From assembly GCA_965228855.1 (NCBI GenBank), contig CBDDIJ010000005.1:256001-320000 (forward strand): 64,000 nt of DNA. Reading direction: 5' to 3'. The notes below the pieces were generated by a model. The model was given only the letters and a program-made list of their open reading frames with translations. It was not told the origin of the DNA and ran no database searches. How positions within the stretch are numbered: position 1 is the stretch's first letter; the number at the start of each line of letters is the position of its first letter. Positions 8,963 to 19,009 of the stretch are shown in pieces. The position numbers and the translations under genes were made by a program. Source of the DNA: Candidatus Obscuribacterales bacterium. Its GTDB lineage: Bacteria; Cyanobacteriota; Vampirovibrionia; Obscuribacterales; Obscuribacteraceae.

Positions 8963-11632
8963 TCAGTCGATACCAAAATGAATGAACGGGGCCCAGGCAT
9001 GAATGGGCTGACCGCTATCAAGAGCCTCGCACTGAGCGACTCTTAGCGCGTCGGCGATCGTTGTCTTTCCAGCCTGCCATACATTGTGGAACACCTGCAT
9101 CAAATCAGACGTGGATCGATCTGCAACTTCCCAGAGGCTTAAAACCAAATTCGGCATACCGGCGTACATAAGAGCACGAGACAAACCAAGTATCTCTCCT
9201 CCAGGCGTGACGCGGTTTACACCAGTCTGGCAAGCCGAAAGAACAAGCAATCTACCGCACTCCGTTCTAAGCGAACTACGTTCTAAAATCGATGCAGCAG
9301 TGAGAACAGTCCCGTCCGAGAGCACCAGGCCTGATGCCATAGGTTCTTCAGGGTTGAAAACGGCGTGACCGGCAAAATGCACCACCGGGTACTTACCGAA
9401 CAGCGTTGAGAAGCTTTCCTTCACTTCTTCGTTCATGATCAATTTCGCATCGGGCGCAGCTTTACTGCCTACGGCCAGAATGCTTTGCGCCTCTTCCATC
9501 GTGTAGGAGAGGTCGTTCAACCCTGCGGCCGAGCGGAGGAACGAACTGAAGACCAGTCCATCTCTGCGCGTCGCTGAGTAATCACTGATTGCGGATATCA
9601 AATAACTAGACATGTCATCATTGCGCTCAACCTCGGTTTCCGAACGAGACAACACAGGTATCAAGCTGGTCGAGGGCAAGTAGCTGAACGAATACTTCTT
9701 GCAGAGATAATTTTCCCCATCATGCAACGCCGCAAATGGAAGGTGAAATAGACTTCCGTGAGGAACAATTACCAGTCTTCCGACATTTTGCGAGATGCCC
9801 TCCAGTACAGGTCGGAGCAACGCATCATACAAACGCTTACACAACGAAGTTGGAACTTCCCATCCTTCCGTCGAACTCATCTCAAGGAAAGTTTCCAGAT
9901 CAACAGAGAGCATGTCGCGCTCTTCCGAACCGGCCAGCATGTGAACAACCGGCTCCTGCTGGGAATTGGCGATGGAGCACGCCAACAAAAATTCGTCGGT
10001 CCAGAAATATTCAATGATTATAGTGTCTTCGCTCAATGGACTATCGCCTTGACTCCAGAGGGACTTGATGTCCTTGAAACCAAGGGTAGTTGCCGAAACC
10101 AGCTGCGCATAATTCGGATGGCGTCGCTTCAATTGACCCACCACGTCGCGCCATTCTTCGTAAACCTTATGCGCTTCATCGGCAGTAACCACGCCGCTGC
10201 CCCGGTGTCCGGAGTCGGAAATTGAGGGTCCGTGCCAGAAGATCCGTTCCAGGCGATCGATCTGCGCGCGCAAATCGCGTTCCTTAATTATCAAACGTTT
10301 CAATCCCTCGTCTTCGCTGCCGGTCAAATGGCTTATATCAATCGGTGAATTGCTCAACAGATCGACTAGCGCACGCGACTTGGCACGACCAACGTATTCG
10401 AGCGCCTCGACTCGTTTCCCAAGAGAGAGACACACGCGCACGACATTTTTATAAAGCTCTTCTCCACGATTAGCAAATGACGTTTTCAAATCGTCGGTCT
10501 TGATACTGGCGCGCAATTCGTCAAACAAATCGACAGACTTTGCCAGATATTCGAAGGCCGGCTGCAACTCTCCGATGCGCTCGTACAGTTTTCCAAGGTT
10601 AGCGAGATAGATACGCTTGCCGCGTCGGTCTTCAATCTTTTCGCTGACGTCGAGCGCTTGCTGGTAGTATTCCTGCGCTTTCTCAAGTTCATTCTTCTCG
10701 ACGAAACAATCGCCAATGCTATCCAGATGCGCGGCTTGAGCCTGGAAATCATCGTTTGCGCGCGCCATCTCCTCAGCACGCATGCAATAGGTGAGCGCTT
10801 TGTCGGCGTCCCCCAATTTCAACCAGGTAGCTCCAATATTGCCGAGCCAGATACCCTGGCGATGCGGATCTTCGGCTCGTTCAGCAAGCTCCAGAGCTTC
10901 TTCGTAGGCCTTGAGGGCGTTTTTAAAACTACCGACTTCGAACAGCGTATTGCCTTCGCTACCGCGGCAAATGCTCATGGTATGCGAATCTTCAGCAAGA
11001 CTGGCTTCGATGAAAGCGGACTGATAGTACGAGACGGCTTGATCGAATTTTCCGAGTTCGGCCATGCACAAACCAAGACTTCCAAGTAATGCTGCCTTAT
11101 CTCGCGTTTCGTCCTCACGCTGATGGAGCGCTTCGAGGAAACAAGCAACTGCATGTTCCGGCCAACCAAGGTTCAAAAACAACCGTCCCAGATTAGCCAA
11201 CGCCAACTCGGAGCTGGCGGTATCATTGGTTTCCGCGGATATGTCACAGGCGCTGTGAAACAGCTCAATCGCCTGCTCCAATTTTCCGGCATCGCCTAGC
11301 AGTTCACCGAGCAGCAATCTCGCGTGCAATTCGATTGCCGCTTCGCCTGATTTGCGAGCGGTTTCAACAGATTCGAGCAGATATTTCTCGGCTGCGTCAA
11401 GTTCGTTGAGCGCAATTTTCGAAACACCCAGATAACTCAAATAAACTGACAGATTAGTTGCCCGGTCAAGCTTCCGTGCCAGTTCGATGGCGGCTTCGTA
11501 CTCAGCGCAAGCTTGATCAAATTCCCCGGTTTCCAAATGTTGCCAGGCCAGTGCGCCATGATTTTCCATCTTCTGGATTTCATGGTCATTCGTGTCTGAC
11601 TTTTGGTTTGGCTTGCTGGACCTGTTGCCCAT
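8963..11632 (-). CDS. TPR-CHAT domain caspase-like protease
   Basis: About 9 TPR repeats, RAKSRALVDLL, VIVPHGSLFHLPFAAL, catalytic HFAGH and LSACQTG, SLWEVAD, WAPF. Confidence 0.92.
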   Translation of the reverse strand: MGNRSSKPNQKSDTNDHEIQKMENHGALAWQHLETGEFDQACAEYEAAIELARKLDRATNLSVYLSYLGVSKIALNELDAAEKYLLESVETARKSGEAAIELHARLLLGELLGDAGKLEQAIELFHSACDISAETNDTASSELALANLGRLFLNLGWPEHAVACFLEALHQREDETRDKAALLGSLGLCMAELGKFDQAVSYYQSAFIEASLAEDSHTMSICRGSEGNTLFEVGSFKNALKAYEEALELAERAEDPHRQGIWLGNIGATWLKLGDADKALTYCMRAEEMARANDDFQAQAAHLDSIGDCFVEKNELEKAQEYYQQALDVSEKIEDRRGKRIYLANLGKLYERIGELQPAFEYLAKSVDLFDELRASIKTDDLKTSFANRGEELYKNVVRVCLSLGKRVEALEYVGRAKSRALVDLLSNSPIDISHLTGSEDEGLKRLIIKERDLRAQIDRLERIFWHGPSISDSGHRGSGVVTADEAHKVYEEWRDVVGQLKRRHPNYAQLVSATTLGFKDIKSLWSQGDSPLSEDTIIIEYFWTDEFLLACSIANSQQEPVVHMLAGSEERDMLSVDLETFLEMSSTEGWEVPTSLCKRLYDALLRPVLEGISQNVGRLVIVPHGSLFHLPFAALHDGENYLCKKYSFSYLPSTSLIPVLSRSETEVERNDDMSSYLISAISDYSATRRDGLVFSSFLRSAAGLNDLSYTMEEAQSILAVGSKAAPDAKLIMNEEVKESFSTLFGKYPVVHFAGHAVFNPEEPMASGLVLSDGTVLTAASILERSSLRTECGRLLVLSACQTGVNRVTPGGEILGLSRALMYAGMPNLVLSLWEVADRSTSDLMQVFHNVWQAGKTTIADALRVAQCEALDSGQPIHAWAPFIHFGID

Positions 11633-11853
11633 GACGACCTCGCGACAGGCGTACCCGTCCCTTAGATGATATGCGAGTTTCGCATTTACTGCTGTATTTA
11701 TCCGCAGCGCGGGATTTTTCGACATCCGACGCGTAACAGATTTGCAGCGCTCCCAAATCGGACGCGAAACACCCATAAAGCTATCTTATGCGAAACACCG
11801 CCACAAGGCCCGGCAAGCTGGAGCTTGACTTAAACCAAACTTTTAAACTCAAA

Positions 11854-13113
11854 CTACGAGCCGAAGTTGACCTGACTGCGATACGGCGGATAGACGAGAA
11901 CTTGATTCTTCGGAGTCTCAGGACGCACCGAGAAATTCGGAGCGGTCGTGTTGGCTACCTTTTTAGCAGGTGCGTGGTGCGCATGACCTTTCGCCGCGGT
12001 CTGAACCGGGTGCTTGCTGACAGGCATTGCGGTAGGGAGGCGTGAATAATTTCCGAAGCCCTGATTTGAAGTTTGAGCCATGTAGGTGTGGAATCCACCG
12101 GCCGGCAATGGCTGTTTTCCACCCATTCCAACTCCCCCTCCGCCGCCGCTGGCAGCAGCAAGGTTGGAACCGGCAATCGGGCTCTTTCGGTCACGAGCGC
12201 CTTTGAGGAAACCCTTCATCGTATCTTCGGGAATCAGGCTGAGCGGGAACGGCGGGGGACCGACGCGCTGATACAGACTGGTGGTAGGTTGAGGCGCGGC
12301 ATAAGGATTGATGCCCTGTTGCAAACAAGCCGACTCGACCAGCTTGTTCATCTCCAACTGTTCCTGGGGAGACAGATGCGGGGGCTGCATCGGGGGCTGC
12401 ATCGGCGGCTCAGGCGGCGCCTGGAAGGCCGAAGGTTGCGAGAACTGCATCTGGGGCTGCATTTGCTGGGGCATCATCGCCACAGAATTGCGCATATTGT
12501 TGTAATTGGTTTCGGCACAAGGCATTCCGACAGAACCGGGAATTGCCGGTGAGGCGCCTGACACCGCTCGCGGTGCGACCTGGCGGACGAAACTGCTTGC
12601 GACTTTGGCGGCGTGCTGCAAACGCTCGCTATTGTGCTTTTTCGCCTGTTGTTTCACAGCGTACTTCGCACGAGCGCTCATTTGTGCGTCCTGATTCTCG
12701 GACATGTAATATGTGGAATACTCGCTCACACCACCGTCGAGGGTAGTGGGTTGCGGTCCGTTGTCGATTTCGGCAACTTGAGAAGCCATTGAAGCGCTCG
12801 TCAATTCGCTCTTACTGGGCAGTCTGCGATTCGCGACGAATGGACGCAGTTTGACGCCTGGTGTCTGATTCAAAGCCTTGCGGGTCGCGACTGAGCGAGC
12901 GCTCGATAGCGATGTCTTCGGAATTCCGGGGCTGAGCGATTGGGGCGCTGCCGACAACGAAATAGGCGCGGGCGCGGCTTCGGTCAACGAAGACTTCAAA
13001 AATGCAGCCGTACTGCTCGCCGGGTGCTGATCCTGAGCGCACGCCGGATGCTGCACTGCGACGGAGAGGGTAGCTGCTACGTTTACGCCAACTAGGACTG
13101 CCGATACTTTCAT
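11854..13113 (-). CDS. Hypothetical secreted Pro/Gln/Ala-rich protein
   Basis: Long ORF with signal-like MKVSAVLVGVNVAATLSVAV..ACA and low-complexity PPMQPPMQPP; start uncertain (ORF open to 13176). Confidence 0.65.
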   Translation of the reverse strand: MKVSAVLVGVNVAATLSVAVQHPACAQDQHPASSTAAFLKSSLTEAAPAPISLSAAPQSLSPGIPKTSLSSARSVATRKALNQTPGVKLRPFVANRRLPSKSELTSASMASQVAEIDNGPQPTTLDGGVSEYSTYYMSENQDAQMSARAKYAVKQQAKKHNSERLQHAAKVASSFVRQVAPRAVSGASPAIPGSVGMPCAETNYNNMRNSVAMMPQQMQPQMQFSQPSAFQAPPEPPMQPPMQPPHLSPQEQLEMNKLVESACLQQGINPYAAPQPTTSLYQRVGPPPFPLSLIPEDTMKGFLKGARDRKSPIAGSNLAAASGGGGGVGMGGKQPLPAGGFHTYMAQTSNQGFGNYSRLPTAMPVSKHPVQTAAKGHAHHAPAKKVANTTAPNFSVRPETPKNQVLVYPPYRSQVNFGS

Positions 13114-13408
13114 TGGAACCCTTACAGAGTGAGCACTTTGGCGATTTGCGCGGGGTGGAGCGCCGAGTAGGTTCAATCGCCATTCAACGTGCTTTGAGTT
13201 TAGGTTTTTCGGTCACTTGTGTCACTGGGAAAAGTACGCATGAGACCGTCCAACAAGCCAAAACGGCATATTCAAAGTGGGGAAATTCCCATCCTGACAT
13301 CTGAAGTTTTTCCAATATTTCGCATTGCAACATCTAAAGGTTTGTTGGCAAAAAACCTTTCGAGCAAATTAAACAGTTTCAACCAATCGCCGCCTTCTTC
13401 TCTGGGGC

Positions 13409-14092
13409 CTATTCCCAGACGAGCCGGTATCCGACACCGCGAACAGTCAGGATGTGTTTAGGCGCGCTGGGGTTGTCTTCCAGCTTTTCGCGCAAATAGC
13501 GGATATGAACGTCCACGGTTCGACTTTCGCCGAGGAAGTCGGAGCCCCAGACCTGAGAGAAAAGTTGATCTCGCGAGAAAACACGGTTGGGCTGCCTTGC
13601 CATTGCCAGCAGCAATTCGAACTCTTTGAATGTGAGGTCTATTTCCTTCTCATTGACGCGAACCGTTCTGCTATCTACATCTATGTGAAGCTCGCCCAGA
13701 CGAATGCCGCTGACCTGGCGCTGCGCATCAGGCGTTTCACGCAAATTAGCTTTGACTCGGGCGACCAATTCGCGCAGTCGGACAGGCTTAGCGATGTAGT
13801 CATTAGCTCCGAGCTCCAGCCCGACAACCGTGTCGATCTCCGAGGTGCGCGCAGTAAGCATCAAAATCGGCGTCTTCTTATCGATCGCCCGAACGCGACG
13901 GCACAATTCGTAACCGTCGATACCCGGCATCATCAGGTCAAGAATGACCAGATCCGGGCGGTCCTTTTCATACATCTCCAGGGCTCTTAAGCCGTCGTGA
14001 GCGAGATAAGTATTGAATCCTTCCTGGCTCAAAACATATTGAATCGAATTAGCGATATCGACTTCGTCGTCTACGATAAGTATCTTTTTCAT
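13409..14092 (-). CDS. OmpR/PhoB family response regulator
   Basis: ILIVDDE, LDLMMP, LTFKEFELL, SRTVDVHIRYLREKLE, TVRGVGY. Confidence 0.95.
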   Translation of the reverse strand: MKKILIVDDEVDIANSIQYVLSQEGFNTYLAHDGLRALEMYEKDRPDLVILDLMMPGIDGYELCRRVRAIDKKTPILMLTARTSEIDTVVGLELGANDYIAKPVRLRELVARVKANLRETPDAQRQVSGIRLGELHIDVDSRTVRVNEKEIDLTFKEFELLLAMARQPNRVFSRDQLFSQVWGSDFLGESRTVDVHIRYLREKLEDNPSAPKHILTVRGVGYRLVWE

Positions 14093-14239
14093 TGGGTCTC
14101 TATAAAGTTAATGACCAGCGATCATAGTATTATCGACAGAGGAAGCTTGAGAATTAGGCAGTCCAAATTGGCTCAAAGCTCCTAATAAGTCTAGACGAAT
14201 TCGAATATCTTTGCAGACAAATCGAATTTTCGTACTTGG

Positions 14240-15496
14240 TTGCTCTCGGGGAAGAATCTAAAGGTCGTGAAGTCGAAGCTCAGCTGTTTGCTTGCAATAA
14301 CTTTCTCACTTCTGATGCTGGGCAGCTTGCCGGCATTAGCGGCGAAGGTGACCAAGGCGACTTCGTCTGAAACCGTCTCAATCCCAATGTTCAACCCGTA
14401 TCCGCCTATGGTATATCCTGTGCGTATCGGAATTGTTCGACAGGCGCCTTCGGCTAAATTCGCAATCTGGGCACCGGGTGCGGTTTTCGTTGACGGCCGT
14501 CCCGTTTTTCCTATCAAACCCAATCTGATCTACTCGATCACCGCTCGCGAAATTAAAGAGCTGGCGACCGGCAAGACATTCCAACTGCCGAGCGGAAAGC
14601 GGACCTATGTTTCGTCGCCGGATTATCGAGTTTACTGCGACAAGTGGTGGCGAGGTTGTCTGGAAATCGTCTCCTTAGGCAACAACATCAACGTCATAAA
14701 TCTGGTCGACCTGGAAGAGTATTTGCTGGGAGTCGTCCCCGCCGAGATGCCTGCCAGCTGGCACATTGAAGCGCTGAAGGCACAGGCAGTGGCTGCTCGC
14801 AGCTACGCATGGGCTCACATTGGTCGAGGCTCGAAGTGGCTGAAATCGCAGGGGTACGATCTGGTGCCGGACGTGCGCGACCAGGCTTACAAAGGACTGG
14901 CTCGTGAAGCGCCGTCGACTTTCCGGGCCGTCGCAGAAACCCGCGGCATCGTTCTCAAAGATTCCGGGAAAGTGAAACCTGGCTTTTATCGTGCCACCGT
15001 GGGCGATGCTATGGAAAATTTGAATATTCGGAAAACCCATGTGCCCAGCAGCAAGCTCGAAGCTATAACAGGAGTCTCCAACATCCAGGGCGTCGCTGTT
15101 AAACAGTGGGATATCAACGGCAACGCGCATAGCGTTCAAGTCATGGGTCAGAAGAAAACAGCCGTAGTTTACGGAGTAGCGCTGGCGAAGAAACTGGGAC
15201 TTTCGACCGCCGGCATCCTTGATGTGCATGAAGAAGGAAGCGGCTGGATGTTTACATACCGCGGTCCTGGTAACGGAGCACGAGGACTGAGCCAGCACGG
15301 TGCCAATACATTTGCAAACCGCGGCTGGCGCTTCGATCAAATCCTGCAACAGTACTACCAGGATCCGGATGGACAGTTACGCTTAGACTACCTGGATTTG
15401 TATAAAGCACCGGTTGTTCGTTTTCCACCGCCGCCGAAAGCAAAGCCTGCAGAAAAGGTAGTCGATCCGCCAGACCCACCAGAAGACGAGGAATAG
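14240..15496 (+). CDS. SpoIID/LytB domain protein
   Basis: LEEYLLGVVPAEMPASWHIEALKAQAVAARSYA, GLSQHGA, ILQQYY; signal peptide. Confidence 0.9.
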   Translation: MLSGKNLKVVKSKLSCLLAITFSLLMLGSLPALAAKVTKATSSETVSIPMFNPYPPMVYPVRIGIVRQAPSAKFAIWAPGAVFVDGRPVFPIKPNLIYSITAREIKELATGKTFQLPSGKRTYVSSPDYRVYCDKWWRGCLEIVSLGNNINVINLVDLEEYLLGVVPAEMPASWHIEALKAQAVAARSYAWAHIGRGSKWLKSQGYDLVPDVRDQAYKGLAREAPSTFRAVAETRGIVLKDSGKVKPGFYRATVGDAMENLNIRKTHVPSSKLEAITGVSNIQGVAVKQWDINGNAHSVQVMGQKKTAVVYGVALAKKLGLSTAGILDVHEEGSGWMFTYRGPGNGARGLSQHGANTFANRGWRFDQILQQYYQDPDGQLRLDYLDLYKAPVVRFPPPPKAKPAEKVVDPPDPPEDEE

Positions 15497-15501
15497 GAAT
15501 C

Positions 15502-16377
15502 ATGACGCGCGACCATATCCACACCGATTTCATGGACCGCCAGGCCAAAGAGAACGCGAAGGCGGGCACCGCCCGTGGTTTCGGCATCGGACTCGGATTG
15601 GTCGCACTGGTTGGTATCGGCTTTGGTGGCGTGCAGATTTTTCAATTTTTCAGTAACTTTGAATTGAATCAGTTCAAAAGAAACGTGGCTGTAACTCTGA
15701 AAGATCCGAAACTGGCTAAAGGTCAGGCTCTCGTGTCAGTGGAGATCAAAAACCATAACGCTGTCCAAATCTCCAATCCGGTAATCAAATATTCGATCTC
15801 AAGCAAAGAAAATCAACCGCTTGCCTCCGGTGAGGTCAAGATCGACGGAGCCATTCCTGCCGGTGATAAACGCAGCTTCGATTCAATCTCGCTGGGAGAC
15901 GTGAAAGGGCAGCCTGCGCGGATGCACAGCGATCTCGTTTCGCTCGTAACAGCGTCGGACAAAGAACTTCCCAAAGGCTATCCGGCAAGATTTGCAGGAG
16001 CGTATGAGAAAAATGGAACGCAGTTGATATCGGCACTGGAACCTCTGGTAGCAGAAGTTCCGAAGTTTGACGAAGGTGAAGTCGCCCTCGGAGTCGCCTA
16101 CGAGGGCGAGCATGATTGGGCCAACGCGCTGGCGCGCTACAAAAAGGCAGTCGAGATGAACCCGGGCAATGCGAATGCGCATTATCATCTTGGTATCGCG
16201 CTTGCGCATGAGAAAAAGACGACTGAAGCTATCGCTTCACTCAAAAAGGCCGCCGAGTTGAACCCCGCAGACAAGGCAATTGTGAAGGCCCTCACCGCAC
16301 TGTCTACACCGGGCGGCAGCCTACCTGCCGAGGATTCCGATTCAGAATCCTCAGATGCGCCGGAAGACTCCGAATAG
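15502..16377 (+). CDS. Membrane-anchored TPR protein
   Basis: N-terminal TM helix; C-terminal TPRs (YKKAVEMNPGNANAHYHLG, LKKAAELNP). Confidence 0.8.
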   Translation: MTRDHIHTDFMDRQAKENAKAGTARGFGIGLGLVALVGIGFGGVQIFQFFSNFELNQFKRNVAVTLKDPKLAKGQALVSVEIKNHNAVQISNPVIKYSISSKENQPLASGEVKIDGAIPAGDKRSFDSISLGDVKGQPARMHSDLVSLVTASDKELPKGYPARFAGAYEKNGTQLISALEPLVAEVPKFDEGEVALGVAYEGEHDWANALARYKKAVEMNPGNANAHYHLGIALAHEKKTTEAIASLKKAAELNPADKAIVKALTALSTPGGSLPAEDSDSESSDAPEDSE

Positions 16378-16431
16378 CTTTTTGATCTACGCTAGCGCGC
16401 TCGCTCCCGTTTCAATTGATTGTCCCCGCCT

Positions 16432-18780
16432 TTAAACGCGCGACCCACCTGGCGTGGAGACAGAGAACATTGATTGTGTTTTCGAAGACTTTTTGCGGGA
16501 GGATGGAAACGGCTCTGGAAGCAGCACGGGCTTCTCGCGCACGGTTTCGCGCTGCTGGAGGGGATTTACGACTTGTCCCGATTGGGAAGGGCTGAAGTTT
16601 TCACTTTGGTGCAAATGAATGTGCTCTTGGTGCTGAACCAAGTTTTTTGTTTCACGCTTCAGATCAGGAGCAAACGACAACAAGTTTTTGTTTGTCAGAA
16701 TCACGTTGTCTCCGCGCTCTATCGACTGTTTAGCCAGGGACTCAATTGACTGCTGCGTGCTACTACCGGACGGTTTCGACGTGATACCATTTGCATTTTG
16801 AGTCACGGTAACTAAACCAGGAACACGCATGGCGAGCGTGACTTTCTGCCTATCGATCTGGTACGCGCCAGTGTGAACATCCGAATGATCCTGAAGCGCA
16901 TAACTACCGGACAGCTCCAGTGGAATTTCAAATGAGCCGGAAATATCGAGAGGAAACTCGACTGTCTTTGTCGGGTCAATAGGTAAAGTAAGCTCGCGAG
17001 TTTCGTTGTAGCGCTCGTTGAGTTCACCAACGAAAAGCGGATCCAGAATTGAGTTTAAATTGCTATTCGGGTCAGGCACAAAATCTTCGACATTCACTCC
17101 AATCGAAGAGTCTTTCAATGATGCCAGAGGCGCAATCGAGTCGGGCGAAATCGTTTGTAGCTTGAGCGTTTGACTGGGGAAATTAAATTCCTGAGTATCC
17201 AACTGCGAATCAACTTCGTATGAGTTTGCGGGTTTCAACGCGGGCAATTCGACACTGGTTTTCACTGCTGTACGATGAATGTCGAGCGGTCGGTTTGCGC
17301 TGTTGTCCAGTACACCTTGATCCAAACAACGACTCACAGCGCCGGCGTCATTCGTCGGTTTCAAGTCGTCGAAGGTCAATTTGATCGCCGGAAATCTCCA
17401 GCACTCTTCCTGCTCGACCGGTTTATCCTTAGACAATTTCGACATCGTCCCGGTGATTTTCTTTTTGAAAACCGAGTGTGCTGCAGTGCGATCGCCATAG
17501 CTCAACGTGTAAATTTCTTGAGCGCGCCGATAAAGTGGCTCAGCTTCAGCCGGCATATCCACTTCTGTCAACAAGTCAGCGAGACGCAACAGGCAACTTG
17601 CAACAGACAGTCCGTTTTCGCCGTGTATAGATTCCAAAACTTTGAGCAGGCGTTCTAACATCTCGGCAGAACGATCATAGCGACGCAAACGATGATAGAT
17701 GCTGGCAAGTTCGTTCAACGTTCCGCTGATCTCCAGCGATGACGGTCCGTGAAGCTGTTCCTGAATTTCGAGAATGGTAAGCATCAGCGTTTCCGCGGCA
17801 GCCGGATGACCGTGCCGGATGTAGCTGTCCGCCAGCCTGCTGAGAGTGAACGCGCAAACAGGAGAATTGCGACCGAATGCTTCTTCCTGCCGAGCAAGCA
17901 GCAATTTATATAGCGCTTGAGCGTGAACAGCCTCACCGCACTTCTCATAGACATCGGCGAGTTGATCGACCGTGCGTATGAGCAGCCAATCGTCAGGTGA
18001 CAAACGTTCGACCCTATACGTGAGAAGGCGCGCTACAAGCGGTTCTGACAGTCGAAACTTTTCGTGGCCGTAGTAAAACTGAGCGAGATCTTCAACGGCT
18101 CTATAGATTGCAGGATCTCCGCTGGGAAAGGTCCGCTCGGCGACGATCAGTGCCTGCTTGTATAATCGCTCGGCGTCTTCGATGCGACCTTGCTGCAGAT
18201 ACTGAGCGGCAAGGCGCGTGTATTGAATATTTTCAGGCGTGGAAAACGCCGGCTGATTGTAGGGAGTCTCCCAGGTCGTGATGGCGCCCTGAGTTTGCTG
18301 AGAACTCCAACCGGCCTGGCGTTCTTCATTTTCAACGAATGCATCGATTTCGGCGAGAAGCTCAGACACCACATCATCGGTGATTGGTGTCGCCTTATCA
18401 GCACCCGGCTTTTGCACCATTTGCACTATAGAGGGAAACAATCCCAGACTTGCCGAAGTCAGCCGACTCGACGCGATACCGATGTCGGCAATTCCATCTT
18501 TCGGAACGCCCAGGTCAGAGGTTTTGAGCTCACTCACTTCTGCATCCGCGTTTGGCATTCGGATCGCCATCATGTCGTGCATCGTCACTCGAAGATTCGG
18601 GCGCGCACCATCAGCGGTGCCTCGACGTTTTTGCGCTTGAGACTGACGAGAACTCACAGGACGAATTTTCGGAGCCTGCAGTCGCACTGCCGCCGCGTCA
18701 ATTTCATCGGTCACCACATGCGGCGACTTTCCGGCGTGCGGAAACAACTTGGGATGGTTAGACGAGGGTGAATAAACCAT
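16432..18780 (-). CDS. TPR protein (kinesin-light-chain-type repeats) with long disordered flanks
   Basis: About six 42-aa repeats (AERLYKQALIVAERTF, AEPLYRRAQEIY) between low-complexity termini. Confidence 0.8.
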   Translation of the reverse strand: MVYSPSSNHPKLFPHAGKSPHVVTDEIDAAAVRLQAPKIRPVSSRQSQAQKRRGTADGARPNLRVTMHDMMAIRMPNADAEVSELKTSDLGVPKDGIADIGIASSRLTSASLGLFPSIVQMVQKPGADKATPITDDVVSELLAEIDAFVENEERQAGWSSQQTQGAITTWETPYNQPAFSTPENIQYTRLAAQYLQQGRIEDAERLYKQALIVAERTFPSGDPAIYRAVEDLAQFYYGHEKFRLSEPLVARLLTYRVERLSPDDWLLIRTVDQLADVYEKCGEAVHAQALYKLLLARQEEAFGRNSPVCAFTLSRLADSYIRHGHPAAAETLMLTILEIQEQLHGPSSLEISGTLNELASIYHRLRRYDRSAEMLERLLKVLESIHGENGLSVASCLLRLADLLTEVDMPAEAEPLYRRAQEIYTLSYGDRTAAHSVFKKKITGTMSKLSKDKPVEQEECWRFPAIKLTFDDLKPTNDAGAVSRCLDQGVLDNSANRPLDIHRTAVKTSVELPALKPANSYEVDSQLDTQEFNFPSQTLKLQTISPDSIAPLASLKDSSIGVNVEDFVPDPNSNLNSILDPLFVGELNERYNETRELTLPIDPTKTVEFPLDISGSFEIPLELSGSYALQDHSDVHTGAYQIDRQKVTLAMRVPGLVTVTQNANGITSKPSGSSTQQSIESLAKQSIERGDNVILTNKNLLSFAPDLKRETKNLVQHQEHIHLHQSENFSPSQSGQVVNPLQQRETVREKPVLLPEPFPSSRKKSSKTQSMFSVSTPGGSRV

Positions 18781-18876
18781 TCGTGTTCGAGGCTCGGTCA
18801 GCAGAAGGGGACAACGGGGTTAGCTGGCAGCCGTTTAGCATTTCATCCTCATCGTAATGCACTAAACTGCAAACAC

Positions 18877-18896
18877 AAGTGGGAATATTCCCACTT
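18877..18896. promoter_or_regulatory. Perfect 20-bp palindrome, putative transcription-factor operator
   Basis: AAGTGGGAATATTCCCACTT lies 97 bp upstream of the 16432..18780 gene. Confidence 0.55.
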
Positions 18897-19009
18897 AAGG
18901 CGCAAACCTTCCTGCCGTGGGGTTTAAGCGGTTTATGCATTGATCGTAATAAAACAAAATTACAGCGCGCTTAACAAAAGCGCTTCTCTAAATTAGTGCA
19001 ATATCACAA

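Noticed and set aside
8963..11632. TPR-CHAT as part of a type III-E CRISPR (Craspase) or gasdermin system
   Set aside because: No Cas7-11, Csx30, array or gasdermin gene in the window
12380..12410. 12-bp tandem repeat GGGGGCTGCATC
   Set aside because: Encodes PPMQ low-complexity protein sequence, in frame
14240..15496. SpoIID as evidence of sporulation
   Set aside because: SpoIID/LytB proteins are common peptidoglycan remodelling enzymes in non-sporulating bacteria
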